This document shows, piece by piece, positions 37,906 through 47,757 of a DNA stretch of 64,000 nt; positions within the stretch are counted from its first letter, which is position 1, and the number at the start of each line of letters is the position of its first letter. This stretch comes from an uncultured Chloroflexia bacterium (GTDB lineage Bacteria; Chloroflexota; Limnocylindria; Limnocylindrales; CSP1-4): positions 96,001 through 160,000 of the forward strand of contig CAVVNQ010000002.1 of NCBI GenBank assembly GCA_963749705.1, read 5' to 3'. Position numbers and translations under genes: made by a program. Below the pieces are notes generated by a model. The model saw only the letters and a program-made list of their open reading frames with translations. It was not told the DNA's origin and made no database searches.

Positions 37906-40323
37906 ATGCCCAAGCACCTCGTGATCGTGGAATCGCCCGCCAAGGCGCGGACGATCGAGCGCTACCTCGGCGATGACTACCAGGTCCTCGCGTCGTACGG
38001 GCACGTGCGCGACCTGCCCGAGAACCCCGGCAAGGGGAAGTTCGGGGTCGACGTGGACCACGACTTCGCGCCCGAGTACGAGATCACGGAGGATCGCCGG
38101 AAGCAGGTGTCCGCGATCGAGAAGGCCGCCCGGAGCGCGACGGACGTGTGGCTCGCGACGGACCTCGACCGGGAGGGAGAGGCGATCGCCTGGCACGTGG
38201 CGGAGGCGGCCCACGTGCCCGAGAGCAAGACGCACCGGGTCACCTTCAGCGAGATCACCGAGGGCGCGATCCGCGACGCCTTCGCAAACCCGCGCGGGAT
38301 CGACCACGACCTCGTCGATGCCCAGCAGACGCGCCGGATCGTCGACCGGCTGGTCGGCTACACGCTGAGCCCGCTGCTGTCGCGCAAGGTCCGGGGCGGC
38401 CTGTCCGCGGGGCGGGTCCAGTCGGTCGCCGTCCGGCTCGTCGTCGAGCGCGAGCGCGAGATCCGCGCGTTCACCGCCCGCGAGTACTGGACGCTGGAGG
38501 CGCTGCTGAGCACCGCGGCCGGGGACGGGTTCACGGCGGACGTGGTCCGGATCGACGGCAAGGCCGTCGACGTGGGCGATGGCGAGACCGCGGCGGGTCA
38601 CGCGGCGGCGCTCCGGGACCAGCGACCGGTGGTGGAATCGGTGGCCACGCGGCCGTCGAAGCGCAACCCGGCCCCGCCGTTCACCACCAGCACGCTCCAG
38701 CAGGAGGCGAGCCGCAAGCTCGGCTTCAGCCCCAAGCGCACGATGTCGATCGCGCAGCGACTGTACGAGGGCGCGGACACGCCCGACGGGCACGTCGGCC
38801 TGATCACGTACATGCGGACCAATTCGACGGCGATCGCCACGGTCGCCATGGCCGAGGCGCAGCAGGTCATCGTCGACCGGTTCGGGGAGCGCTACGGCAC
38901 CGGCAAGGGTCGCGTGTACAAGACGAAGCAGAAGGGCGCCCAGGAGGCGCACGAGTCGATCCGCCCCACGTCGTTCCTGCGCGACCCGGAGTCGATGCAG
39001 GGTCACCTCAAGCCCGAGGAGCACCGGCTGTACCGCCTGATCTGGCAGCGCGCGATCGCGTCCCAGATGGCGCCCAAGCAGCTGGAGACGACGACGGCCG
39101 AGCTCACGGCCGGAAGCTACCGGCTTCGCGCATCGGCGACGCGCACCGTGTTCGACGGGTTTGCGCGCGTCTACACCGAGGGCCAGGACGACGCCCCGGA
39201 GGAAGCGGAGCGCACGCTGCCGCCGCTGGCCGCGGGCGACGTGACCACGGTCGAGACGGTCACCCCGACGCAGCATTTCACCGAGCCGCCGCCGCGGTTC
39301 ACCGAGGCGACGCTGATCAAGGCGCTCGAGGAGCACGGGATCGGGCGTCCGTCCACGTACGCCGCCACGATCTCGACGATCCTCGACCGCGGCTACGTGC
39401 GGGTCGAGGAGCGCCGGCTCCGCCCGGAGGAGATCGGCGAGATCGTGACCGACTTCCTGGTCCAGCATTTCGGCCGCTACGTGGACCTCGCCTTCACCGC
39501 CCGGATGGAGCTGGAGCTGGACGAGGTCGCCGGTGGCCAGCGGGCGTGGGTCCCCCTCCTGCGCGAGTTCTTCGGGCCCCTCAAGGACCGCGTGGACGAG
39601 GTGCGCAAGACCGTCAAGCGAAGCGACGTCACCACCGAAGCCAGCGACGAGGTCTGCTCCGAGGGTCATCCGATGGTGATCCGCCTGGGGCGCAACGGGA
39701 AGTTCCTGGCCTGCTCGACCTACCCGGACCACAAGGAGACCCGGCCGCTGCCGGGCGACGAGGCCCCGGTGCTGGAGGGCGATGGCGAGCCCTGCCCGCA
39801 GTGCGGCGAGGGGGTGCTCACCACCAAGCGCGGCCGGTTCGGCGCCTTCGTCGGTTGCTCCCGGTATCCCACCTGCACCTACATCCGGCGCGACGGCCCG
39901 CCACCGCCGGATCCGCTCCCGTTCGAGGTCGTGTGCCCCAAGAATGGCGACGGCACACTGGTCGCCCGTCGCGCGCGACGAACCGGCAATGTGTTCTGGG
40001 GATGCTCCAAGTACCCTCGATGCGACTTCACCACCAACTTCGAGCCCACGGGGGCCATCCACGATGCGCACGACGACGGCAAGGGGGCGGTTGCCCGCAA
40101 GGGCGACACGGGCCTGTGCCTGACCTGCGGCGCGACGGTCCCGCTCCCGGACGGGCCGCTGGCCGGCCTGCGGCTGCCGGGTGGTCCACCGGATCCCGCC
40201 GCGCTCCAGCGGCCGGCCAGGGGTGGCGCCCGGCGGGGTGGGGCCCGGGCCGGTGCCCGGGCGGGGCGCGGCTCGTCGTCGTCCGCTCGGTCGGGGGCCG
40301 GAGCTCGGCGAAGCGGGGATTGA
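37906..40323 (+). CDS. topA: DNA topoisomerase I with Zn ribbons; conserved Asp after the catalytic Tyr encoded as Asn
   Basis: [38 protein letters not shown] (canonical TDS), [20 protein letters not shown]. Confidence 0.97.
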   Translation: MPKHLVIVESPAKARTIERYLGDDYQVLASYGHVRDLPENPGKGKFGVDVDHDFAPEYEITEDRRKQVSAIEKAARSATDVWLATDLDREGEAIAWHVAEAAHVPESKTHRVTFSEITEGAIRDAFANPRGIDHDLVDAQQTRRIVDRLVGYTLSPLLSRKVRGGLSAGRVQSVAVRLVVEREREIRAFTAREYWTLEALLSTAAGDGFTADVVRIDGKAVDVGDGETAAGHAAALRDQRPVVESVATRPSKRNPAPPFTTSTLQQEASRKLGFSPKRTMSIAQRLYEGADTPDGHVGLITYMRTNSTAIATVAMAEAQQVIVDRFGERYGTGKGRVYKTKQKGAQEAHESIRPTSFLRDPESMQGHLKPEEHRLYRLIWQRAIASQMAPKQLETTTAELTAGSYRLRASATRTVFDGFARVYTEGQDDAPEEAERTLPPLAAGDVTTVETVTPTQHFTEPPPRFTEATLIKALEEHGIGRPSTYAATISTILDRGYVRVEERRLRPEEIGEIVTDFLVQHFGRYVDLAFTARMELELDEVAGGQRAWVPLLREFFGPLKDRVDEVRKTVKRSDVTTEASDEVCSEGHPMVIRLGRNGKFLACSTYPDHKETRPLPGDEAPVLEGDGEPCPQCGEGVLTTKRGRFGAFVGCSRYPTCTYIRRDGPPPPDPLPFEVVCPKNGDGTLVARRARRTGNVFWGCSKYPRCDFTTNFEPTGAIHDAHDDGKGAVARKGDTGLCLTCGATVPLPDGPLAGLRLPGGPPDPAALQRPARGGARRGGARAGARAGRGSSSSARSGAGARRSGD

Positions 40324-40339
40324 CCCTCGGAGCGGCCGC

Positions 40340-41326
40340 GTGACGGGGAGCGAGGCGCTCCGGCGGTTCCTGCGCTCGATGGACGCGCGTGACACGTCGC
40401 CCAACACCCATCGCTCGTACGAGACATCGATCGCCGCCTACCTCGAGTGGCTCGAGACGCGTGGGGAAGACTGGCGGGCGCCGTCGCGGGCGATCCTTCG
40501 GGCATATCTGACCGAGCTGACGGACGGCCACGCAAAGAGCACGGTCGCCCAGCGAATGGCGGCGCTCCGCGCGTTCCACCGGTACGCCGCGAGAGCCGGC
40601 ATCGCGCCCGGCGACCCGTGGGGCGCGATCTCCACGCCGCGCCTCCCGCGGCGGCTGCCGAAGGTGCTCGAGGTGGAGCAGGTGGAGCGGCTGATCGCGG
40701 TCGTCGACGCGGACCTGGACGCGGCGGCCACCACCGTCGCGCACGGTCCGCGGGATGCCGCGCTGGTCCGGGCACTCGCCCTCCGGGACCTCGCCCTGAT
40801 CGAGACGGCGTATGCGGCCGGCCTGCGGATCAGCGAGCTGGCGGCCGCCGACCTGGGCAACCTCGACCTGCGACGGGGCGAGCTGCGGGTGCTCGGCAAG
40901 GGGCGCAAGGAGCGGATCGGGCTCCTGGGCCGGCCCGCGCGCGAGGCGCTCGCCGCGTACCTCGACACGGGACGCCCGGTCCTCGCGGCGCGCCACGCCG
41001 GCCACGCCGGGCAGCCCGCCGACCGCACCGAAGGTCCGTCCACGGCGGTGTTCCTCAACCACCATGGCGACCGGCTCGGGGTGCGCGGCCTGCGATCCCG
41101 GCTGGACCGGCTGCGCCGCCTGGCCGGTCTGCCCGCCGGGATCACGCCGCACACCCTCCGTCACAGCTTCGCCACGCACCTGCTCGAGGGCGGCGCAGAC
41201 CTGCGGGTCGTCCAGGAGCTGCTGGGCCACGAGAGCCTGGCGACCACCCAGGTCTATACCCACGTGTCGCCGTCGCGGCTGCGCGACGCCTACCGCATGG
41301 CCCACCCGCGGGCAAGATCCGGCTGA
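40340..41326 (+). CDS. xerC: tyrosine recombinase XerC/XerD
   Basis: [39 protein letters not shown]; typical position after topA. Confidence 0.88.
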   Translation: MTGSEALRRFLRSMDARDTSPNTHRSYETSIAAYLEWLETRGEDWRAPSRAILRAYLTELTDGHAKSTVAQRMAALRAFHRYAARAGIAPGDPWGAISTPRLPRRLPKVLEVEQVERLIAVVDADLDAAATTVAHGPRDAALVRALALRDLALIETAYAAGLRISELAAADLGNLDLRRGELRVLGKGRKERIGLLGRPAREALAAYLDTGRPVLAARHAGHAGQPADRTEGPSTAVFLNHHGDRLGVRGLRSRLDRLRRLAGLPAGITPHTLRHSFATHLLEGGADLRVVQELLGHESLATTQVYTHVSPSRLRDAYRMAHPRARSG

Positions 41327-42963
41327 TGGACGACACGGGCGACGACCTGGTCGGGAGCGAGGAGGCGGTCGCCGTCGCGGCGCGCCGTGCCGGATCGCCG
41401 ACGACGCGGGCGCTCGCGCGGGCCGGGCTGATCGTCACCGGCCTGTTCCTCGTGTCGAGGATCCTGGGCTATGTCCGGACCGTCGCGATCGCCGCCGCGG
41501 TCCCAGTCGACCAGCTGGGGCCGTTCTTCGCCGCGTTCCGGATCCCGGACTTCCTGTTCCAGCTGGTCGCGGCGGGCGCGCTGTCGTCGGCGCTGATCCC
41601 CGTCATCACGGCGTTGTTCGCGACCGACGAGGAGGCGCGCGCCTGGCGGGTCGTGTCCACGGTCACGACGCTGATGCTCTCGGCGCTGCTCGTCCTGGCG
41701 GCGATCGTCCTCGTGCTTGCGCCGCAGCTGGTGGCGATCATCGCGCCCGGCTACGACGAGCAGTTGCGCGCCCAGACCACGGACCTCACCCGGATCATGG
41801 TGCTTTCCCCGCTGTTCCTCGCGGCCGGCTCGGTCGCGACCAGCGCGCTCAACTCGCGCGGCCGCTTTGCCGCCTCGGGCATGGCGCCGCTGGTGTACAA
41901 CCTCGCGATCATCCTGGGTGCCGTGCTCCTCGTGCCCGTGTTCGGCATCCCGGGCCTGGCGTACGGCGTGGTCGCCGGCGCCGTCGGCCACCTCCTCGTT
42001 CAGCTGCCGGCGCTGGTCCGGGAGGGTGCGCGGATCCGGCCCCGGATCGACCTCGGCGATTCCCAGGCCCGGCTCGCCCTGATGCTCATGGCACCCCGCG
42101 CGGTCGGCCTCGGAGCGACCCAGATCGTGTTCCTGGTCATGACCAGCCTCGCCACCACGCTCGGCGACAGCGCGCTGGCGGTGTTCAACTTCGCGTTCTC
42201 GCTGCTCCAGATCCCGATCGGCGTCATCGGCGTGCCGCTGGGCGTCGTGCTGCTGCCGTCGCTCGCTCGCGAGGCCGCCACCGGCGGCACCGACGCGTTT
42301 CGGCGGCTGCTCGTTCGTGGTCTGAGCCTGCTCGGCTACGTCATGATCGGGCTCGCGGTGCTGGGCATCGTCGTGTCCGAGGACGTCGTCCGGCTGCTGT
42401 TCGGGTTCGCGCACATCGGCGAGAACGCGACCGTGTCGACCGCCATGACCCTCGCGGTGTTCCTGGTCGGGCTGACGGCGCACTCGCTGATCGCCGTGCT
42501 CGCGCGGGCCTTCTATGCGCTCCAGGACACGCGGACGCCGGTCCTCGCCGCGCTCGTCGCGGTGGCGGTCAACATCGTGGTGGCGAACGTGCTCGTGGGG
42601 CCGCTCGGCCTCCAGGGGCTGGCGCTGGCGATCGCCGTCGCGGCGTGGCTCGAGACGCTGACGCTGTTCCTGCTGCTCGGCCGGCGCGTCCCGGGGCTGG
42701 GACTGGCCCGGGTGGGCGATGTGATGGCCCGGTCGCTCGTGGCCGCGCTCGCGGGTGCGGCGGTCGCGTTCGGCATCGAGCAGGGGTTGCGGGGGGCATG
42801 GGGCACGGATCCCGGCTTCGTGCTCGTGCTCGTCCGCGTGACCGTTGCGGTCGCGGCCGGCGGCACCGTGCTGCTCGGCGCGTCGATCGCGTTGCGGATC
42901 CAGGAGCCGCGCACTATCGTCGGCGTCGTGGTCGACCTCATCCGCCGCCGCGGCCGCGCGTGA
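41326..42963 (+). CDS. murJ: lipid II flippase MurJ/MviN
   Basis: SRILGYVR, AAFRIPD, GALSSALIP, FYALQDTRTP, multiple TM helices. Confidence 0.93.
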   Translation: MDDTGDDLVGSEEAVAVAARRAGSPTTRALARAGLIVTGLFLVSRILGYVRTVAIAAAVPVDQLGPFFAAFRIPDFLFQLVAAGALSSALIPVITALFATDEEARAWRVVSTVTTLMLSALLVLAAIVLVLAPQLVAIIAPGYDEQLRAQTTDLTRIMVLSPLFLAAGSVATSALNSRGRFAASGMAPLVYNLAIILGAVLLVPVFGIPGLAYGVVAGAVGHLLVQLPALVREGARIRPRIDLGDSQARLALMLMAPRAVGLGATQIVFLVMTSLATTLGDSALAVFNFAFSLLQIPIGVIGVPLGVVLLPSLAREAATGGTDAFRRLLVRGLSLLGYVMIGLAVLGIVVSEDVVRLLFGFAHIGENATVSTAMTLAVFLVGLTAHSLIAVLARAFYALQDTRTPVLAALVAVAVNIVVANVLVGPLGLQGLALAIAVAAWLETLTLFLLLGRRVPGLGLARVGDVMARSLVAALAGAAVAFGIEQGLRGAWGTDPGFVLVLVRVTVAVAAGGTVLLGASIALRIQEPRTIVGVVVDLIRRRGRA

Positions 42964-44078
42964 CGGCCAGCTCCGCGGGCGGCGTCCACCTCGTTCCGGC
43001 AGGCGCGGACCCCGCGATCGATGCCGCCGCCTGGGACGCGTTCGTCGAGGCGAACCCGCGCGGCTCCTATCTCCAGCTCGCGGGCTGGGCCAGGGTCAAG
43101 GCCGTGAACGGCTGGACGGCGACCCGGCTGTTCGATGCCGCCGGCCCGGGCCTGGGCGCCCAGGTCCTGCTCCGTCGCCCCGGGCCGCTGCCGTGGGCGT
43201 TCGCCTATGCGCCCCGTGGCCCCGTGCTCGACACCTGGGACCGGGGCTCCGTTGAGCGGCTGACGGCGCTGGCCCGCGAACGGCTGCGAAGCACGGCGCG
43301 CGTGAGCCACCTGCGGATCGATCCCGAGATCGAGCGGGGGACCGGCCCGGACGAGGACGGCGCGGTCGTCGTGGCGCTCCGCGCGGCGGGCTGGCGGTCC
43401 GCACCGCCGATCCAGCCGGTCTCGTCGCGGGCGATCGATCTCACGGCCGACGAGGACGCCCTGTGGGGCGACCTGCGCAAGAAGTGGCGCCAGTACGTGA
43501 ACAAGGCCAGGTCCGGTGGGGTGCGGGTCGTGGACGCGGGCCCGGAGCGCCTCGACGACTTCTACCGCATCTACCGCGAGACGGCGGACCGGGCCGGGTT
43601 CCTGATCCGCGCCGCGTCGGCGTACCGGGACGTGTGGGACGCGTTCGGCCCCGACGGCCGGGCACGGCTGCTGTTCGCGGAGCTGCCGGACGGCACGCCG
43701 GTGGCGACGCTGTTCCTGGTGCGCGCCGGGGCCCGGGTCGTGGAGCCGTACGGCGGCATGACCGGTGCCGGCGCGGACAGCCGGGCGAACTATCTCCTCA
43801 AGTGGGAGGCCATCAGGAGCTCGAAGGCGCAGGGCGCCACCAGCTACGACCTGTGGGGCCTGGCGCACGCCGGGATCGCCCACTTCAAGACCGGGTTCGG
43901 CGGCCGCGAGATCGGGTACATCGGGGCGTGGGACCTGGTGCTCGATCCGTTCGGCCGTCGCACGTACGCCGTCGCGCAGCGCGCCCGCGTCCGCGTGGAG
44001 CGGCTCCGCCACGGGCTTCGCGGCCGTGGTGCCTCGACCGCGGCCGGGTACGCGGGTGACGCGGGAGCCGACGGATGA
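42960..44078 (+). CDS. FemABX-family peptidoglycan bridge aminoacyl transferase
   Basis: YLQ...WARVK, YAPRGP, RIDP, KKWRQYVNKA, NYLLKWEAI, YDLWG, FKTGFGG. Confidence 0.9.
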   Translation: MTASSAGGVHLVPAGADPAIDAAAWDAFVEANPRGSYLQLAGWARVKAVNGWTATRLFDAAGPGLGAQVLLRRPGPLPWAFAYAPRGPVLDTWDRGSVERLTALARERLRSTARVSHLRIDPEIERGTGPDEDGAVVVALRAAGWRSAPPIQPVSSRAIDLTADEDALWGDLRKKWRQYVNKARSGGVRVVDAGPERLDDFYRIYRETADRAGFLIRAASAYRDVWDAFGPDGRARLLFAELPDGTPVATLFLVRAGARVVEPYGGMTGAGADSRANYLLKWEAIRSSKAQGATSYDLWGLAHAGIAHFKTGFGGREIGYIGAWDLVLDPFGRRTYAVAQRARVRVERLRHGLRGRGASTAAGYAGDAGADG

Positions 44079-44133
44079 GCGGGACACCTCGAATGACGGC
44101 GGCGACGACCCGGCGGCCGATCGCGAGCCTCGC

Positions 44134-45267
44134 ATGACCGCCGCCATCGTCACCCTCTCGCCGGCGCAGCTCGACGACTGGGACGCGGCAGCCGTGGATG
44201 CGCCGGGCGGCCACGTGTTCCAGTCGCGGGCGTGGGCCGCGCACCGGGCCGCCCAGGGCTGGCGACCGCGGTTCCTCGCGGGCGGCGACGTCCGGGCGCT
44301 CGTGCTGAGCCGCCGCTGGCCGGTGATCGGCGGGGCCTCGGCGTATGTGCCGCGCGGGCCGGTGGGGCCGGGTGAGCCGTGGGCCAACGACGGGTCCGGC
44401 GCGGCGATCGGCGCGGCCGCGGTGGCGGTCGCAGACCACCTGGCCACCGTCGGGGTCGATGTCGTCGCTGCCGATCCCGAGGTCGCGGCGGAGGACGTCG
44501 ACTACCGCGCCACCCTCGATGGGGCGGGGTTCCGGCCGATCCCCGAGATCCAGCCGTCGCGACACCGGATGGCGCTGGCGCTGCCCGCCGACGGGGATCC
44601 GGCCACGGTCCTCGAGGGCGTGGCCAAGGCGACGCGCCAGCGGATCCGTCGGGCCGAGCGTGACGGTCTCGTCGTGCTGCGCCACGACCTTCGGACGACC
44701 GACGTGGAGGGCGTGCAACCCGCGCACGAGCCAGCCGAAGCCGCGCTGGGTCGCTTCTACGACCTGCTGCGCGCCACCGGCGAGCGACGCGGGTTCGAGT
44801 TCGGCGGTCGCGCGGACTTCGTCGGCTGGTGGCGGGCCGCCCTGGCCGCGGGACACCTGGTCTACCTCGAGGCGCGTGAGGGGACCGCGGCCGGCTCGGT
44901 GCTCGGCGGGCTGCTGCTGTACCGCCACGGCTGCCGGATGTCGACGGCCCACTCCGCCGACGACGCCGCGCGGCGGCGCGACCAGCCGGGCACGATGCAC
45001 CTGCTGCGCTGGCGCGCGATCGAGCTCGCGCTCGCGGAGCGACGCACCGAGATGGACCTGGGCGGCGTCGATGTCGCGGGCGCCCGCCGCCCGCCGGAGC
45101 CCGGCGAGCCCACCCACGGGCTGTACGAGCACAAGCGATCGTTCGGGGCGGAATGGGTCGAGCTGTCGGGGGCGCACGAGCGGGTCGCGAGACCGTGGCG
45201 CTACGCCGTCGGCCGGGTGACCGCCCGGATCGCCCGGGGGATGCCGGGCCGGGAGCGCGGCGAGTGA
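44134..45267 (+). CDS. second FemABX-family aminoacyl transferase
   Basis: FQSRAWA, YVPRGP, RQRIRRAER, HLLRWRAI, DLGG, GLYEHKRSFG. Confidence 0.85.
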   Translation: MTAAIVTLSPAQLDDWDAAAVDAPGGHVFQSRAWAAHRAAQGWRPRFLAGGDVRALVLSRRWPVIGGASAYVPRGPVGPGEPWANDGSGAAIGAAAVAVADHLATVGVDVVAADPEVAAEDVDYRATLDGAGFRPIPEIQPSRHRMALALPADGDPATVLEGVAKATRQRIRRAERDGLVVLRHDLRTTDVEGVQPAHEPAEAALGRFYDLLRATGERRGFEFGGRADFVGWWRAALAAGHLVYLEAREGTAAGSVLGGLLLYRHGCRMSTAHSADDAARRRDQPGTMHLLRWRAIELALAERRTEMDLGGVDVAGARRPPEPGEPTHGLYEHKRSFGAEWVELSGAHERVARPWRYAVGRVTARIARGMPGRERGE

Positions 45268-46967
45268 CGGCCACGGAGCCGACGGTCGGGTCGCTGATCG
45301 CCGCGGCAGAGCCGACCGACCCGCTGCCGCTGGGCGACCTCGTCGCCCGGCTCGAGGCACACGACCTGGTCCGCGGGGCGTGGGTCGACGGCGGACTCGG
45401 GACGTCGGCCCCCGCCGGAACCCCGGTCGCGGCCGGCACCCCGCCCGTTGCCGGACCTTCGGGCCTCGCCGCGCTCTCGGGGCTCGAGGTGCGCGGCGTG
45501 ACCGAGGATTCGCGCGCCGTGGCGAAGGGAACGCTGTTCGTCGCCGTGCCCGGCTTCCACGTCGATGGCCACGACTTCCTCGACCGGGCGGCGGCAGCCG
45601 GCGCGGCCGCCGCCATCGTCGAGCACCCCGTGCCCGGCGCCCGGGTGCCACAGCTGGTCGTGGCGGCGGCGCGGCCGTCGCTGGCCAGGGCCGCGGCGTG
45701 GTGGTACCGGGACCCGTCGCACGAGGTCGCGACCATCGGGGTCACCGGCACCGACGGCAAGACCACCACCTCGTTCCTGGCCGTGGCGGCGCTCGAGGCC
45801 GCGGGCATCTCGACCGGGCTGATCGGGACCGTCGAGACCCGGGTGGGCGCCGCGCTCGACCGCCACGAGGCGCACGTCACCACCCCGGCCGCGCACGAGC
45901 TGCAGGCAACGCTCCGGGCGATGCACCGCGCCGGCAACACCGCGGCGGTGGTCGAGACGACCTCGCATGCCCTCGAGCTGGACCGGGTCCTCGACGTCGC
46001 CTACGACATCGCGCTGTTCACCAACCTGACCCACGAGCACCTCGAGCTCCACGGCTCCTTCGAGCGCTATCGGGCGGCCAAGCTGCGCCTGTTCGAGCGA
46101 CTGGGGGCGGGGCCGGACAACCCGGTCAAGACGATCGCGGGACGCGCGTGGCCGAAGGCCGCCGTGGTCAACCGGGACGACCCGTCCGCGCCCTGGTTCG
46201 AGGCGGCCGCCAGGGCCGCCGGCGCCCGGGTCGTGACGTACGGGGTCGATCGGGACGCGGACATCCGGGCGACCGGCGTCGACGAGGACGCCCGACGGCT
46301 CCGCGTCCGCTATGCCGCGCCGTCGGGTGATGGGGTCCTCGACCTCCGGCTGGCCGGCAGGTTCAACGCCCACAACGCGCTCGCGGTCGTCGCGCTGGGC
46401 GAGGTCCTGCGGCTCGATCCCGCCGCGGTCCGGGCCGGCCTCGAGGCCGTGACCGGCGTCCCCGGCCGGATGGAGCGCATCGAGGGCGGCCAGCCGTTCG
46501 GCGTGATCGTCGACTACGCGCACTCGCCGGCGTCGCTCCAGGTCGTGCTCGACCTCCTGGCCCCGATCGCGGCCGCCCGCGGGGGCGGCCTGATCGCGGT
46601 GTTCGGCTCGGCCGGCGAGCGCGACACGGCCAAGCGGGCCGCGATGGGCCGGATCGCCGGCGAGCGCTGCCGGCTCGTCGTCGCGACCGACGAGGATCCC
46701 CGCGGCGAGGACCCGATGGCGATCATCGACGCCATCGTGGGCGGGGCGGAGACCGCCGGGCGCAGCCGCGGGACGGACGTGCTCGCGATCCCGGACCGCC
46801 GCGCGGCGATCGAGACGGCGTTCGAGCAGGCCCGGCCGGGCGACGTCGTCCTCCTGGCGGGCAAGGGACACGAGCCGTCCATCCTGTACGCCGACGGGCC
46901 GGTGCCCTGGGACGAGGCGGGTGCCGCGCGGGCGGCGCTCGCCGCGCTCGGCCACACGACCCCATAG
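45264..46967 (+). CDS. murE: UDP-MurNAc-tripeptide synthetase MurE
   Basis: DSRAV, VTGTDGKTTT, ETTSHAL, FTNLTHEHL, VPGRME, VDYAH, EDPR, AGKGHE. Confidence 0.93.
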   Translation: MTATEPTVGSLIAAAEPTDPLPLGDLVARLEAHDLVRGAWVDGGLGTSAPAGTPVAAGTPPVAGPSGLAALSGLEVRGVTEDSRAVAKGTLFVAVPGFHVDGHDFLDRAAAAGAAAAIVEHPVPGARVPQLVVAAARPSLARAAAWWYRDPSHEVATIGVTGTDGKTTTSFLAVAALEAAGISTGLIGTVETRVGAALDRHEAHVTTPAAHELQATLRAMHRAGNTAAVVETTSHALELDRVLDVAYDIALFTNLTHEHLELHGSFERYRAAKLRLFERLGAGPDNPVKTIAGRAWPKAAVVNRDDPSAPWFEAAARAAGARVVTYGVDRDADIRATGVDEDARRLRVRYAAPSGDGVLDLRLAGRFNAHNALAVVALGEVLRLDPAAVRAGLEAVTGVPGRMERIEGGQPFGVIVDYAHSPASLQVVLDLLAPIAAARGGGLIAVFGSAGERDTAKRAAMGRIAGERCRLVVATDEDPRGEDPMAIIDAIVGGAETAGRSRGTDVLAIPDRRAAIETAFEQARPGDVVLLAGKGHEPSILYADGPVPWDEAGAARAALAALGHTTP

Positions 46968-46969
46968 CC

Positions 46970-47683
46970 GTGCGCGGCTGCCTGTTCGTCCTGGCCGCGG
47001 GCCTGATCGCTGGGGTGCTGCTGGTGGTCGTCGGGCTGCCGGCGTTCGCCGCCGGTGCGCTCACGGCGGGCGTCGGGGCGGCCGGTCTCGAGGCGGCTGA
47101 CACCACCGTGACCCTGACCAGCGATCCACCGACCGACCTGCTCGGGCTGCATGCCGACGAGGTGCGTATCCGGGCGACGCACGCCACGTTCCGCGGCCTG
47201 GCGATCGGCAGCATCGACGTCACCCTCACCGACGTCGCGCTGGTGGACCGCTCCGCGGCCACGGTCGAGGGCCGCCTCGACGACGTCGTCGTCGAGATCG
47301 GCGGTGCGCCGCTGGAGCTGGCCTCGATCGCGCTCTCGGGCGGCGGGACGTCGGTCATCGCCACCACGACGATCGATGCCGCCGCGGCCCGGACGCTGAT
47401 CATGGGCGTGGTGGCCGACAAGCTCGGCGCGGCGCCCAGCAGCGTGACCCTGGCCTCGCCCGACCGGCTGACCGTGGACGTGGGCGTCGACGTCCACGGG
47501 CGGTTCGTGGCGACGCCCTCCGGCGATCTCGTGGTCCGCGTGCTCGACGGCCCCGCGGCCGGCGACGAGATCGTGCTGCTCCGGGGCGGCCGCGACCTGC
47601 CCGTCCGGATCACGGGCGTGAGCGTGACCTCGGGCGGCGCGCTGCGGCTGGTGGGCGAGCTGACGGTGGGCCTGCTCGGGTAA
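46970..47683 (+). CDS. exported or membrane-anchored beta-rich protein (LmeA/DUF2993-like)
   Basis: N-terminal TM, DPPTDLLGLHADEVRI pattern, beta-rich body. Confidence 0.55.
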   Translation: MRGCLFVLAAGLIAGVLLVVVGLPAFAAGALTAGVGAAGLEAADTTVTLTSDPPTDLLGLHADEVRIRATHATFRGLAIGSIDVTLTDVALVDRSAATVEGRLDDVVVEIGGAPLELASIALSGGGTSVIATTTIDAAAARTLIMGVVADKLGAAPSSVTLASPDRLTVDVGVDVHGRFVATPSGDLVVRVLDGPAAGDEIVLLRGGRDLPVRITGVSVTSGGALRLVGELTVGLLG

Positions 47684-47757
47684 GCGACGGCCTGCGCACC
47701 GGCATCCGCGGGTCCCACCGGACCGATCCCGACCCGCCCCGCGGTAGACTCCGAAGC

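Noticed and set aside
40340-41326. Tyrosine recombinase as a prophage or island integrase
   Set aside because: It has XerC/D size and motifs, sits in the usual position after topA, overlaps murJ, and has no att sites or mobile cargo.
45740-45772. MurE P-loop GTDGKT instead of GTNGKT as a further anomaly
   Set aside because: The change is in the opposite direction (N to D) and is, to my knowledge, a natural variant in some MurE lineages.
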